Assembly: GCA_965224485.1 (NCBI GenBank)
Contig: CBDCZH010000007.1
Coordinates: forward strand, 45,152 to 109,151
DNA: 64,000 bases
Origin: Arcobacteraceae bacterium
Lineage (GTDB): Bacteria > Campylobacterota > Campylobacteria > Campylobacterales > Arcobacteraceae
Direction: 5' to 3'
Both the position numbers and the translations under genes were made by a program. Below, piece after piece: positions 1 through 9,759 of this stretch (position 1 is the first letter of the stretch; each line of letters begins with the position of its first letter). The notes beneath the pieces were generated by a model that saw only the letters and a program-made list of their open reading frames with translations, ran no database searches and was not told the DNA's origin.

Positions 1-266
1 TTAAAGGTAACAATTTTCTTTTCTCTTAAGATTTTTAACTGGTGGGATACATGTGATTGAGGAAGATTTAATATTTTAACCATCTCACCTACACAAATTT
101 CGTACTTTAATAAAGCAAATAAGATTTTTAAGCGTATTGGATCACTTAATGCTTTTAAAACTTGTGAAAACTTAGTAATATTTTCATTTTTAGGTAAATA
201 CTTATTAATGTCATCTAAATAAGAAATATCCTCACAGCAAGACCGTAAAGTTGATTCATTTTGCAT
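1..266 (-). CDS. ArsR/SmtB family metal-sensing repressor (runs off the window edge; not in the ORF track)
   Basis: Manual translation from ATG at 266: MQNESTLRSCCEDISYLDDINKYLPKNENITKFSQVLKALSDPIRLKILFALLKYEICVGEMVKILNLPQSHVSHQLKILREKKIVTF; contains the KALSDPxRLxIL, ExCVxE and SQ/H-VSHQL ArsR motifs. Confidence 0.9.
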   Translation of the reverse strand, partial: MQNESTLRSCCEDISYLDDINKYLPKNENITKFSQVLKALSDPIRLKILFALLKYEICVGEMVKILNLPQSHVSHQLKILREKKIVTF

Positions 267-267
267 A

Positions 268-474
268 TTAGTCTTCTATAATATCAAAACCAATATCAGA
301 CATTTCTTTTTTAAATAATTCTTCTTTAACTTCATTTTCAATTTCTAAAGTAACTTCTTTTGGATCTGAATTTAAATTTACTTCAATACCCGTAAATTCA
401 TCTTCAAGGGTTACTTTTATTAAATTTGCACATTTAATACAAGATATATTTTTAGCCTTATATGTTTTTTTCAT
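268..474 (-). CDS. Heavy-metal-associated (HMA/CopZ-like) domain protein
   Basis: 68 aa with the ISCIKC (CxxC) motif; immediately upstream of the ArsR gene. Confidence 0.85.
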   Translation of the reverse strand: MKKTYKAKNISCIKCANLIKVTLEDEFTGIEVNLNSDPKEVTLEIENEVKEELFKKEMSDIGFDIIED

Positions 475-481
475 AATATTC

Positions 482-509
482 CTTCATATGTAATTATTTT
501 CATATGAAG
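482..509. promoter_or_regulatory. Putative ArsR/SmtB operator
   Basis: Palindrome CTTCATATG-N10-CATATGAAG next to the HMA RBS; its inner ATATGAA..CATAT resembles CzrA/SmtB-type operators. Confidence 0.65.
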
Positions 510-533
510 ATATTAACATATATAATCTTTAAC

Positions 534-1559
534 TTATATAATTATATCTTTTGCTGTTATTTGATTTCTTCCATTTTCTTTTGAAAGATATAATAATTCA
601 TCAACTTTACTATATAAAGCAGAAGTGTTTATAGTAAATTCAACTTTTTTAATATTTCCTAATCCTATTGAAATAGTAACATAAGATGAATTGCTTGGAT
701 TTAAACACTCAATATGAAGGTCTTCTATTTTTACTCTTAAATCTTGCATTAAAGTTATTGCATCACTTGAGTTTTTTACATCAAACAATATTCCAAACTC
801 TTCTCCTCCTAATCTAAATACACTGTCATTTGGTCTATTTAGAGTTTCTTTAAGTATTTTAGATATTTTTTGTAAAACAATATCACCTTTTGCATGCCCA
901 AAAGCATCATTATAATATTTAAAATAATCGATATCTATAATTGCAAATGAGAATTCATGTTCTGTTCTATTCAATGCAGATATTCTTTGATTAAAAATTT
1001 CATCAAAATACCGTCTATTGTATAAACCAGTTAGCCAGTCTGTTATACTCAAAGAGTTTAAAATTTCATTTTTTTCATCTAACAGTTTTAAGGTATTTTT
1101 ATACTCACTTATATCTAACATAACGCCAACAAGTCCTAGAATTTCATTATTTACAACAAAAGATGATTTGTAAAAGTTAAAATCTCTTGTTATTCCATCT
1201 GAGCATTTTACACTCGCTTCATACACTTGAACAGAAGGTTCACTTAAAAGTTCTTCATCTTTCTCATAATAAATATCAGCATGTTCTTTTGGTATTAGAG
1301 TAGGTAAATCATAAAGAGTTTTACCAATAATTTTTTCTTTCTTAATTCCTAAAATATTCTTAGAAAAAGCATCATTACAATGTTGATAAACACCATTTAC
1401 ATCTTTATAAAACATAGGATTTGGAATAGTGTCAAACAGCATAGTTAAGAAAGAATTTGTAATCTTTATATTCTCTTCTAAAGAAGGAAGAAGCTCTAGT
1501 TGTGATTCTAAATAATGAACTTGTTTTTCAAGTTCTTCATAAGTAGGTTTTTTAATAAT
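534..1559 (-). CDS. PAS-GGDEF diguanylate cyclase (probable ATT start; the track starts at 1442)
   Basis: PAS-like N-terminus (NPMFYKDVNGVYQHCNDAF), TDWLTGLYNRR, DIDYFK and RLGGEEF; frame open upstream through KKPTYEELEKQV. Confidence 0.85.
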   Translation of the reverse strand: MIKKPTYEELEKQVHYLESQLELLPSLEENIKITNSFLTMLFDTIPNPMFYKDVNGVYQHCNDAFSKNILGIKKEKIIGKTLYDLPTLIPKEHADIYYEKDEELLSEPSVQVYEASVKCSDGITRDFNFYKSSFVVNNEILGLVGVMLDISEYKNTLKLLDEKNEILNSLSITDWLTGLYNRRYFDEIFNQRISALNRTEHEFSFAIIDIDYFKYYNDAFGHAKGDIVLQKISKILKETLNRPNDSVFRLGGEEFGILFDVKNSSDAITLMQDLRVKIEDLHIECLNPSNSSYVTISIGLGNIKKVEFTINTSALYSKVDELLYLSKENGRNQITAKDIII

Positions 1560-1769
1560 AATAAAGCCTTTTTGTATAATATAATCAAGTATACTAGTTA
1601 TTAACTTATATTATTAAATAATAATATAAACAAGGTAATAATTATTATTAATAGCTATATTTTATTATTTATTGTTTCATTTATCAAATTATTAAGTGTT
1701 TTTATAATATGTAAATAAATATTTTTTATATATTCTAATATTAGCTATACTAAATTAAAAGGATAATAC

Positions 1770-2183
1770 ATGCAAGGAATATTTCATTTAGCTTATAATG
1801 TAACAAATTTAGAAGTAGCACGAGATTTTTATGTTAATACTTTGGACTGTAAAGAAGGAAGGAGTACAGATACCTGGTTAGATTTAGATTTTTTTGGTCA
1901 TCAATTATCTTTACATTTAGGAGAACCTTTTATTACTAAAACTACAGGAAAAGTAGCTGAACACATAGTTCCAATGCCACATCTAGGAATTATTTTACAA
2001 TATGAAGATTGGAAAATTTTAGCTAAAAATTTAGAAAAAAAAGAAATTAAATTTATAATAAAACCTGTACTTAGATTTAAAGGTTTACCAGGTGAGCAAT
2101 ATACTATGTTTTTTAAGGACCCATTTGGAAATCCTATTGAAGTAAAAGGTTTTCATGATTTATCTAAAGTATTCGACTTTTAA
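1770..2183 (+). CDS. VOC/glyoxalase family protein
   Basis: FHLAYNV...FFGHQLSLH...DPFGNPIE; AAGGA RBS. Confidence 0.85.
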   Translation: MQGIFHLAYNVTNLEVARDFYVNTLDCKEGRSTDTWLDLDFFGHQLSLHLGEPFITKTTGKVAEHIVPMPHLGIILQYEDWKILAKNLEKKEIKFIIKPVLRFKGLPGEQYTMFFKDPFGNPIEVKGFHDLSKVFDF

Positions 2184-2268
2184 AAGAAAACTTGTTTAAT
2201 AATTATATTTTTTTATTTAAAATCTTTTTTATAAACTTTGTATACAATACGAATAATAAAGGATTTCA

Positions 2269-3141
2269 ATGTTAAATAATTCACTAAATAAAATAAAATC
2301 TATAGATAAGGGTATTTTATTTATGATTATAAGTGCAGTCATTTCTGCACTTAGTGGAGCTGTTGCTAAAATTTTATCTCAAAGCATGGATCCTATTGAA
2401 ATAGTATTTTATAGAAATCTTTTAGGCGTTCTAATAATTTTATATTCTCTAAAAAAAATTCCTGTAAGTATAAATACTTCAAAACTTCACTTATTATTGT
2501 TAAGAGGTATTTTTGGAGCAGTTGCTATGTTATTCTTTTTTTATACTATTGCAACAATTCCTCTAGGTGAAGCTGTAATATTAAATAAAACATCTCCATT
2601 TTTTGTAAGTATTCTTGCTTATTATTTAATGAAAGAATCTATTTCTAAAAGTACTATTTTTGCTTTAATTATTGGATTTATTGGAATTACATTAATTATA
2701 AAACCTTTTGATATTCAAATATCTCTTGATCATGTTTTTGGAATTTTAGGTGGTTTTTTTGCAGCTGCTGCTTATGCTACTATAAAGAAAATAAAAGATA
2801 TTTATGATGCAAGAGTCATAATGCTTTCATTTACAAGTATAGGTGCTATACTTCCCTTAGTACTTTATTTATTTACACCTTATGTAAATTTCGAAGCAAA
2901 TGCAGACCCAGTAGTTTGGCTGCTTATAGCATTTATGGCTATTTTATCAACAGCTTCACAATGGTTTCTCACCCGCGCTTATAGTCTAAGTCCTGCAAGT
3001 ATCATAGGAGTTGTAGGATATTCAAGTATCCCTTTTGCCCTAGGTTTTGGTTTAATGTTAGGAGATGCGTTTCCAGATATATATACCTTTGCAGGAATTG
3101 CCCTTATTATACTAGGAGGTATTTTAGTTAGTAAGAAATAA
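2269..3141 (+). CDS. DMT/EamA family transporter
   Basis: About 10 hydrophobic helices in two EamA repeats. Confidence 0.85.
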   Translation: MLNNSLNKIKSIDKGILFMIISAVISALSGAVAKILSQSMDPIEIVFYRNLLGVLIILYSLKKIPVSINTSKLHLLLLRGIFGAVAMLFFFYTIATIPLGEAVILNKTSPFFVSILAYYLMKESISKSTIFALIIGFIGITLIIKPFDIQISLDHVFGILGGFFAAAAYATIKKIKDIYDARVIMLSFTSIGAILPLVLYLFTPYVNFEANADPVVWLLIAFMAILSTASQWFLTRAYSLSPASIIGVVGYSSIPFALGFGLMLGDAFPDIYTFAGIALIILGGILVSKK

Positions 3142-3216
3142 GTATAAATATGATTACTAAAATAAGTTAAAATTACAAAAGCACCTTCGGTCAACAAAGA
3201 CCATTTCATATATTTA

Positions 3217-3225
3217 TGGTATAAT
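3217..3225 (+). promoter_or_regulatory. Extended -10 promoter (TGgTATAAT) of the brnT-brnA operon
   Basis: TGGTATAAT ends 6 nt before the toxin ATG. Confidence 0.6.
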
Positions 3226-3231
3226 TTTGGT

Positions 3232-3507
3232 ATGATATTTGAATATGATGAAAAAAAAAGTATAAGTAATAAAGTAAAACATAATATTAGTTTTGATGAA
3301 GCAAAAGAATTATGGCAAGATCCATACTCTTTTGAATTACCAGCAATTCAAAATGAAAACGAAGATAGATTTTTAGTATTAGGTCAAATTAATTCTAAAA
3401 ATTATACAGCAATAATAACTTACAGAAATAAAAACATTAGAATAATTTCAGTAAGAAGATCAAGAGAAAAGGAGATTAAACTTTATGAAAGCATCACAAC
3501 TAGATAA
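3232..3507 (+). CDS. brnT: BrnT family toxin (type II TA)
   Basis: FEYDEKKSISNKVKHNISFDEA...IRIISVRRSREKE signature. Confidence 0.9.
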   Translation: MIFEYDEKKSISNKVKHNISFDEAKELWQDPYSFELPAIQNENEDRFLVLGQINSKNYTAIITYRNKNIRIISVRRSREKEIKLYESITTR

Positions 3508-3730
3508 AAAATTTGATGATAATCAAGATGATATCTTAGATTATTTTGATACCTCAAAAATAAAAATGATAAATGAAGAACCTAAAAGAGTAAATATTGA
3601 TTTCCCAACGTGGATGGTACAATCACTAGATAAAGAAGCAAAACACATAGGTGTTAGTAGACAAGCAGTAATCAAAATGTGGTTAGCAGAAAGACTAGAA
3701 AGTTTAAATAAAAAAGCAATAAGAGCTTAA
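3485..3730 (+). CDS. brnA: BrnA/CopG-type RHH antitoxin
   Basis: KRVNIDFPTWMVQSLDKEAKHIGVSRQAVIKMWL; overlaps brnT; AAGGAG RBS. Confidence 0.85.
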   Translation: MKASQLDKKFDDNQDDILDYFDTSKIKMINEEPKRVNIDFPTWMVQSLDKEAKHIGVSRQAVIKMWLAERLESLNKKAIRA

Positions 3731-3754
3731 AAATATAATCAGTACACTAAAACC

Positions 3755-3901
3755 AAAAGTAGATGTAAAGCATTAGGTTTTACAAGAAATCAAGGCGAAG
3801 TCAAATTTTAAAGCGGAGCGTACGGCTTTAGTACGTGAGCATTTAAAATTTAGTCTTCAACGCAGAGTTATTGAAAAAGATGATGTTTTACAGCTACTTT
3901 T
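3755..3901 (+). repeat. Dispersed structured hairpin element, copy 1
   Basis: CAAGGC (3791), GGAGCGTAC-ggcttta-GTACGTGA, AACGCAG (3859); imperfect ~37-bp outer arms include the mfd stop codon. Confidence 0.85.
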
Positions 3902-6887
3902 TTTTGCGTAAGTAAGCTAGCGTCGTTGCAATAATATCATCATCATCTCTACTTGGACTTTTTATATTCTCTTTGCTATCATCACTTTTTGTAAAACTTA
4001 TATTCATTTCATAAGAGCTTATAGTTTTAATTTGTTTTTGCATAGCAAGTATTTTTATTAAAATAAGTTCTAAGAACTGTTTTGTTGGTAAGTCTGGTTT
4101 ACCAAATCTATCTTCCATCTCTTCTTCTATTAAATACACAGCTTCTTTATCACTAGCTTTTGATAATCGTCTGTATAATTCTAATCGAACCCTATCTTCT
4201 ACTATATAATCACTTGAAATAAAAGCAGAAATTGCTAGTTTTATATCTACACTTTTATTTTTTTCTTTTTGCTCTCCTGCTAATGAGGCTAAAGCATCTT
4301 CTAACATTTTAAGATATAAACCATATCCAATTTGTTTGATATGTCCACTTTGGGCTTCACCTATTATATTTCCCCCACCTCTGATTTCTAAATCTTGATG
4401 GGCTAGGGCTGTTCCACTTCCTAAATATGAGTTTGCTTCTAAGGCTAATAACCTTTTAATCGCATCAGGTGTTATAGTTTTTTTATCTTCAACAATGTAA
4501 TAACAAAAACCTTCTTTATTACTTCTTCCTACTCTTCCTCTTAATTGATGTAAATCTGCTATTCCAAATCTATCTGCACCATCTATTATAATTGAGTTTG
4601 AATTTGGTAAGTGAAGACCTGATTCAACTATAGACGTTGCTAGTAAAATATCAAACTTATTTTCTTCAAAATCATTTAAAATTCTCTCAGCTTCAATAGG
4701 TTTAACTTTTGAGTGTATTATTTCTATTTTAATATTTGGAATGATTTCTTTTAAGTCTTGTTTTTTTGCATCTATTGAAGCTATATTATTATGAACATAA
4801 AAAAGCTGTCCACCTCTTCTTTTCTCTCTTAAAACAATCTCTTTTATTAACTTATCATTGTATTCTTTAACATAAGTTCTCACACCTAATCGCTCACTTG
4901 GAGCTGTTAAAAGAGAACTCATTCCTTTTAATTTTGATAAGGCTAAATTTAGTGTTCTTGGAATTGGAGTTGCACTCATAGAAAAAATATGTACATCTTC
5001 TCGTAAGTTCTTTAACTTCTCTTTTTGTTTTACTCCAAACTTATGCTCTTCATCTATAATAACTAAAGCTAAGTTTTTAGTACTAATTCCTAAGAGTGAA
5101 TGAGTTCCTATAACTATATCAATAGAACCTGTGTCTAAACCATTTTTGATAATAGCTTTATCTTTACTTGATGTTTTACCATCTAGTTTGGCAACACTTA
5201 TATTAAAAGGAGCAAATCTTTCTTTAATTCCAGCATAATGCTGTGAGGCTAAAAGAGAAGTAGGACAAATGAAAACAGCTTGATAACCATCTAAGGCAAC
5301 GGCTAACATAGCATTCATGGCTACTTCTGTTTTACCAAAACCAACATCTCCACTTAAAAGTCTATCCATTACTTTTCCAGAACTAATATCGCAAAAAATC
5401 TCTTTAACCGACCTACTTTGATCTTTTGTATATTCAAAACCAGAACTACTTTCAAAATTAAATAACTCTTTTTTTTCTGTATTTATTTTAATTCCAGCTA
5501 TTAACTCCCTAGCAGCTGCTAGTTTTATAATATCATTAGCAATTGCAAAAAGTTTTTCTTTTACTTTTTCTTTAAGTTTTGCAAAACTTCCTTTTCCTAA
5601 TTTATCTAACGAAGCATAAGAAGAACCATCAGCTACATACCTATCAATAGTATCAATATTCTCAACAGGAATTAAAAGCCTATCTTCTCCTGCATAAGTA
5701 AGTATTACAAAATCTCTTTTAGAACCCATTACAACAACAGGTTCAATTCCTTTATACTGTCCTATTCCATGTTTTTCATGTACTACAAAATCATTTTGTA
5801 ATAATTCATCAAGTACAAGTTTAACTCTTTTTTTTCTTCTTTTTTTAATCTCTTTATTAAGTGAGATTATTACTTCATTATTGCTTAGTACATTTAGGAT
5901 ATAAGGCTCTAAAACATAAGAAATATTTTTATTATTTAAATCTAAATCGTGAGCTTTTATCTTAGCTTCACTATTTGAAATAATAGTAATTTTTTTATCT
6001 TTATGGAAACTAAGGTATTCACTTATATTTGCAACATTTATTTCTTTATACTCTTTTGATGTATAAACCTGGGGTGTTAATAAAAACTTATCTTTATTTA
6101 ATCTTTTTTCTTCAAAAACATAAGCTTCATCTAACTCGAAAAGAGATTCTTGTGTTATAAAAGATTTAAGTCTATTAGGTAAATATTCTCCTAAATCATT
6201 TAAATACCAAAAACCTAAAGAGTGGATATCTTTTATAAAAGCATCATTGTTTACTGTTTGAATTTGTTCATTTATCTCTTCTAGAGATTCTTCATCTAAG
6301 GCTAAAAAAGCTGGGGTTATTTTTATAGTTTCAAGCTCTTCTTTTAAAGATTTTTGGTCTTCAATATCAAACTCTCTAATAGATTCAACCTCCTCATCAA
6401 ATAAAGAGATTCTAAAGCCCTTTTGAGTGTCTAAAAGACAAATATCAATAATATCTCCTCTTATAGATATTTCTCCCTCAGAGGTTACTATATCAACAAA
6501 ATAATAACCCCAATTGTAGAGTTTTGCTTTAAGCTCTTTTATATTTAAAGTATCTGCAAAATTTATATCAAAACTATCAAAACATTTTTCTTTAGGCATT
6601 GCATAAGAAATAGTTCGTATAGGTGCTATTAAAATTTTATTTTGTTTTTTATATGAATAATACTCATTTAAAACTTTTGTAATATCTTGAAGCTCTTGAG
6701 AAAAAGATAATAAATCATCTCCATAATTAGCTCTAAAATCAGCCAAAACAAAAGCTTCTAAACCTAAAAACTTAATAATATCAGAAGCAGTTTGAGCTTG
6801 TTTATCATCATTTACAATTAAAAGTTCACACTCTTTTAACTTCTTTTCATTCTTTAAGTTTTTAAAAAATGAGTAAATATTATTCAC
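3894..6887 (-). CDS. mfd: Transcription-repair coupling factor
   Basis: CarD/RID domain (VVHEKHGIGQY), GDVGFGKT, DEEH, SATPIPRT, QLRGRVGR and TRCF C-terminus. Confidence 0.97.
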   Translation of the reverse strand: MNNIYSFFKNLKNEKKLKECELLIVNDDKQAQTASDIIKFLGLEAFVLADFRANYGDDLLSFSQELQDITKVLNEYYSYKKQNKILIAPIRTISYAMPKEKCFDSFDINFADTLNIKELKAKLYNWGYYFVDIVTSEGEISIRGDIIDICLLDTQKGFRISLFDEEVESIREFDIEDQKSLKEELETIKITPAFLALDEESLEEINEQIQTVNNDAFIKDIHSLGFWYLNDLGEYLPNRLKSFITQESLFELDEAYVFEEKRLNKDKFLLTPQVYTSKEYKEINVANISEYLSFHKDKKITIISNSEAKIKAHDLDLNNKNISYVLEPYILNVLSNNEVIISLNKEIKKRRKKRVKLVLDELLQNDFVVHEKHGIGQYKGIEPVVVMGSKRDFVILTYAGEDRLLIPVENIDTIDRYVADGSSYASLDKLGKGSFAKLKEKVKEKLFAIANDIIKLAAARELIAGIKINTEKKELFNFESSSGFEYTKDQSRSVKEIFCDISSGKVMDRLLSGDVGFGKTEVAMNAMLAVALDGYQAVFICPTSLLASQHYAGIKERFAPFNISVAKLDGKTSSKDKAIIKNGLDTGSIDIVIGTHSLLGISTKNLALVIIDEEHKFGVKQKEKLKNLREDVHIFSMSATPIPRTLNLALSKLKGMSSLLTAPSERLGVRTYVKEYNDKLIKEIVLREKRRGGQLFYVHNNIASIDAKKQDLKEIIPNIKIEIIHSKVKPIEAERILNDFEENKFDILLATSIVESGLHLPNSNSIIIDGADRFGIADLHQLRGRVGRSNKEGFCYYIVEDKKTITPDAIKRLLALEANSYLGSGTALAHQDLEIRGGGNIIGEAQSGHIKQIGYGLYLKMLEDALASLAGEQKEKNKSVDIKLAISAFISSDYIVEDRVRLELYRRLSKASDKEAVYLIEEEMEDRFGKPDLPTKQFLELILIKILAMQKQIKTISSYEMNISFTKSDDSKENIKSPSRDDDDIIATTLAYLRKKK

Positions 6888-7198
6888 TATTTTTCTTCTT
6901 TTATAAATTCAAAATCTCTTGTATCTTTATCATAATAATAAGCAGGATAAGCTGTTTCATTTAATAAGAACACCATAGAGGCTTCTTCAAAAGTAATTTT
7001 CTGTAAAGCTTTTCTAAAAACTTCCAAAATATATGCTTTTGTTGAGAAGGTACTTGTACTACTTTTTGCAGTATAAACAAAATTCTCATTTTCTTCTATT
7101 ATAAAACCTTCTTTTTTAATATGTTTTTCAAAAATTTCTTGGTTTTGTAAACTTGTAATATCTAAAATAACTAAAACTTCCAATTCTTGGGTTTCCAC
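6887..7198 (-). CDS. Hypothetical protein
   Basis: 103-aa ORF translationally coupled between the DUF445 gene and mfd. Confidence 0.7.
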   Translation of the reverse strand: METQELEVLVILDITSLQNQEIFEKHIKKEGFIIEENENFVYTAKSSTSTFSTKAYILEVFRKALQKITFEEASMVFLLNETAYPAYYYDKDTRDFEFIKEEK

Positions 7199-7912
7199 TT
7201 ATACTCCTAAGGCTAAAGAAGAAAGTAAACCAATAAGTCCACCAAAAATCCCACCCCAAACAACTAACCATCCAAGATGTTCTTTTATCATCTTAACTAT
7301 TATTTGTTTTACCATTTTAGGTGTTAATTCATCTAATCTTTTATTTACTATATTTGATACTTTTTCATAAATATCATCACTTATATCACTTGAACCCAAA
7401 GATTCGTGTAAGGCATTTACAAAAGACTCATTTTTAGAAATCTCAATAATAGAACTTTTAAGTTTTATTATAAAAGGTTCTTTTAAAGGATCTAAAGCAG
7501 CTTCCCCTCCAAACATTCCTAGCATTGAACCAAAAGATGATTCAACTACTACTTGTTTTAATGAGTCAAAAGCAGGTTCGAAGTTTGTATTTACTAAAAC
7601 TTTTTCTAAATCAAAAGAAGATTTTTTATCTTCTATTTCATCTTGAAAAAAAGCTCTTAAATTATCTTTTGTAAAAAACTCATTCATAATCAAAGAATAA
7701 ATAGCAGTTTTAAACTCTTTAAATCTATGTTCTATTACTCCTGAACCATATAAAAAAGGTACTTTTTCAAATAACATATGAATAGCTAGGGTATTTGTAA
7801 TAGCTCCACTTAAGGCAAATAACCCTGTACTTAAAATTATATTGTTTTGTAAAAAATACCCAAGAGCTATTATTAAAACTGTTAGTATATTAGTAAAAAG
7901 CGATTTATTCAT
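7199..7912 (-). CDS. DUF445 family membrane protein
   Basis: GAITNTLAIHMLFEKVPFLYGSGVI and HLGWLVVWGGIFGGLIG. Confidence 0.8.
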   Translation of the reverse strand: MNKSLFTNILTVLIIALGYFLQNNIILSTGLFALSGAITNTLAIHMLFEKVPFLYGSGVIEHRFKEFKTAIYSLIMNEFFTKDNLRAFFQDEIEDKKSSFDLEKVLVNTNFEPAFDSLKQVVVESSFGSMLGMFGGEAALDPLKEPFIIKLKSSIIEISKNESFVNALHESLGSSDISDDIYEKVSNIVNKRLDELTPKMVKQIIVKMIKEHLGWLVVWGGIFGGLIGLLSSLALGV

Positions 7913-8046
7913 TCCTATCCTTTATTAAACGCGATTTTATCCAAAAAAAACAAAAAATCTAATTTGTTTAAAATCAATAAATCATTTGTAACTTAGCTGT
8001 AATTATATTTTATTAGTATTTACACATTAATTTATAAGGATTATTT

Positions 8047-9756
8047 ATGATCAACATAGAAAAAGAGATTAGAAAAAAATTCCCAAATATTAAAAAGAAG
8101 AATAACTTTTTAAATAAAAACATTATAAAACTTGCAAAAAAAATAGTTCACGAAGATTCTATAAATGATTTTTTAGAAATAAATTCACATTTAAATGGTT
8201 TTGAATTCGTTGATGCTGTTTTAGATTATTTTAACTTTGATTATACAGTTTCCTCAAATGATATACAAAATATTCCAAGTTCAGGGAAGGTTGTAATTAT
8301 TGCTAACCATCCTTTAGGAGGATTAGATGCTTTATGCTTGTTAAAACTAATTAAAACAGTTAGAGCTGATGTTAAAATAATTGCAAATGATTTTTTAAAT
8401 GATATTACTGCTCTTGATTCTATTCTTTTACCCATAAATAATTTTAAAGCAAAACAAAATAAATCAAACATAAAAAGAATTTATGAATCTTTAGCTAAAG
8501 AAGAAGCTCTTATTATCTTTCCAGCTGGTGAAGTTAGTAGGATAAGTGCAAAAGGAGTTAAGGATTCTACTTGGAGTAAGGGTTTTTTGAATTTTGCTAA
8601 GCATAATAATGCTCCTATTTTACCTATTTTTATTGATGCTAAAAACTCAAAAGTTTTTTATACTCTATCTATTCTAAATAAAACGTTTTCATCTTTATTG
8701 CTCTCAAATGAAATGTTTAAAAAACAATCTAAAAATATAAATATTAAAATAGGAAAAATAATAGCAAATGAAAATATTATTCCAAAAGGATTAGATAAAG
8801 AATATCTAGTTAATTTATACAAAAAGCACTTATATTCTTTAAAAAAAGGTACTAAATCATATTTTATAAATCAAAACTCAATTGCACATCCTGAAAAAAA
8901 AGAAGAACTAATAAAAGAGCTTAAAGAGGCAGAAGAAATAGGAGAAACAAATGATGGAAAAAAAATCTATTTATACTCTTATAAAAAAGATTCAGTTATT
9001 TTAAAAGAATTAGGAAGATTAAGAGAAATATCTTTTAGAAAAGTAGGAGAAGGTTCTAATAAAAAAAGAGATACAGATAAGTATGATATATATTATGAGC
9101 ATATAATTTTATGGGATAAGGAAGATTTAGAAATTGTGGGTTCTTATAGAATAGGAAATGGCAAATATATAAATGAAAATTTTGGAGTAAGTGGTTTTTA
9201 TTCAAATACTTTGTTTACTTTTAATAATGAAATAGTTCCTTATTTAAATGATTCAATTGAACTAGGTAGAAGTTTTATTCAACCAAAGTATTGGGGTACA
9301 CGAGCTTTAGATTATTTATGGTATGGAATTGGAGCTTATTTAAAAACAAGACCAAATATTAAATATATGTTTGGAGCTCTTACCTTATCTAATAGTTTTT
9401 CTAATATTTCGAAAGACATGCTAATATATTATTATTCTCATTATTTTACTGATTCTATGAACTTTGTATCTCCTAAGCTTCCTTATACTTATGCAAGTAA
9501 TATTTCATTTTTAAAAGATTTATATATATTAAATGATAGAAAAAAAGATTTCAGAACATTAAAATCTACTTTAAATAACCTAGGACTAAGTATTCCTACT
9601 TTATATAAACAATATACTAACTTATGCCAAGATAAAGGAATTAACTTTTATGGGTTTAATATAGATGAGAGTTTTTCAAACTGTATTGATGGTTTTATAT
9701 TTGTTGAAGTTGCAAAAATAAAAGAAGAGCAAAGAAAAAGATATATAAAGAATTAA
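8047..9756 (+). CDS. Bifunctional PlsC-type acyltransferase / GNAT N-acyltransferase (OlsF-like, 'putative hemolysin' family)
   Basis: N-terminal NHPLGGLD (HX4D) and FPAGEVS; C-terminal LGRLREISFR...DxDKYD...ELGRSFI. Confidence 0.8.
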   Translation: MINIEKEIRKKFPNIKKKNNFLNKNIIKLAKKIVHEDSINDFLEINSHLNGFEFVDAVLDYFNFDYTVSSNDIQNIPSSGKVVIIANHPLGGLDALCLLKLIKTVRADVKIIANDFLNDITALDSILLPINNFKAKQNKSNIKRIYESLAKEEALIIFPAGEVSRISAKGVKDSTWSKGFLNFAKHNNAPILPIFIDAKNSKVFYTLSILNKTFSSLLLSNEMFKKQSKNINIKIGKIIANENIIPKGLDKEYLVNLYKKHLYSLKKGTKSYFINQNSIAHPEKKEELIKELKEAEEIGETNDGKKIYLYSYKKDSVILKELGRLREISFRKVGEGSNKKRDTDKYDIYYEHIILWDKEDLEIVGSYRIGNGKYINENFGVSGFYSNTLFTFNNEIVPYLNDSIELGRSFIQPKYWGTRALDYLWYGIGAYLKTRPNIKYMFGALTLSNSFSNISKDMLIYYYSHYFTDSMNFVSPKLPYTYASNISFLKDLYILNDRKKDFRTLKSTLNNLGLSIPTLYKQYTNLCQDKGINFYGFNIDESFSNCIDGFIFVEVAKIKEEQRKRYIKN

Positions 9757-9759
9757 TCT

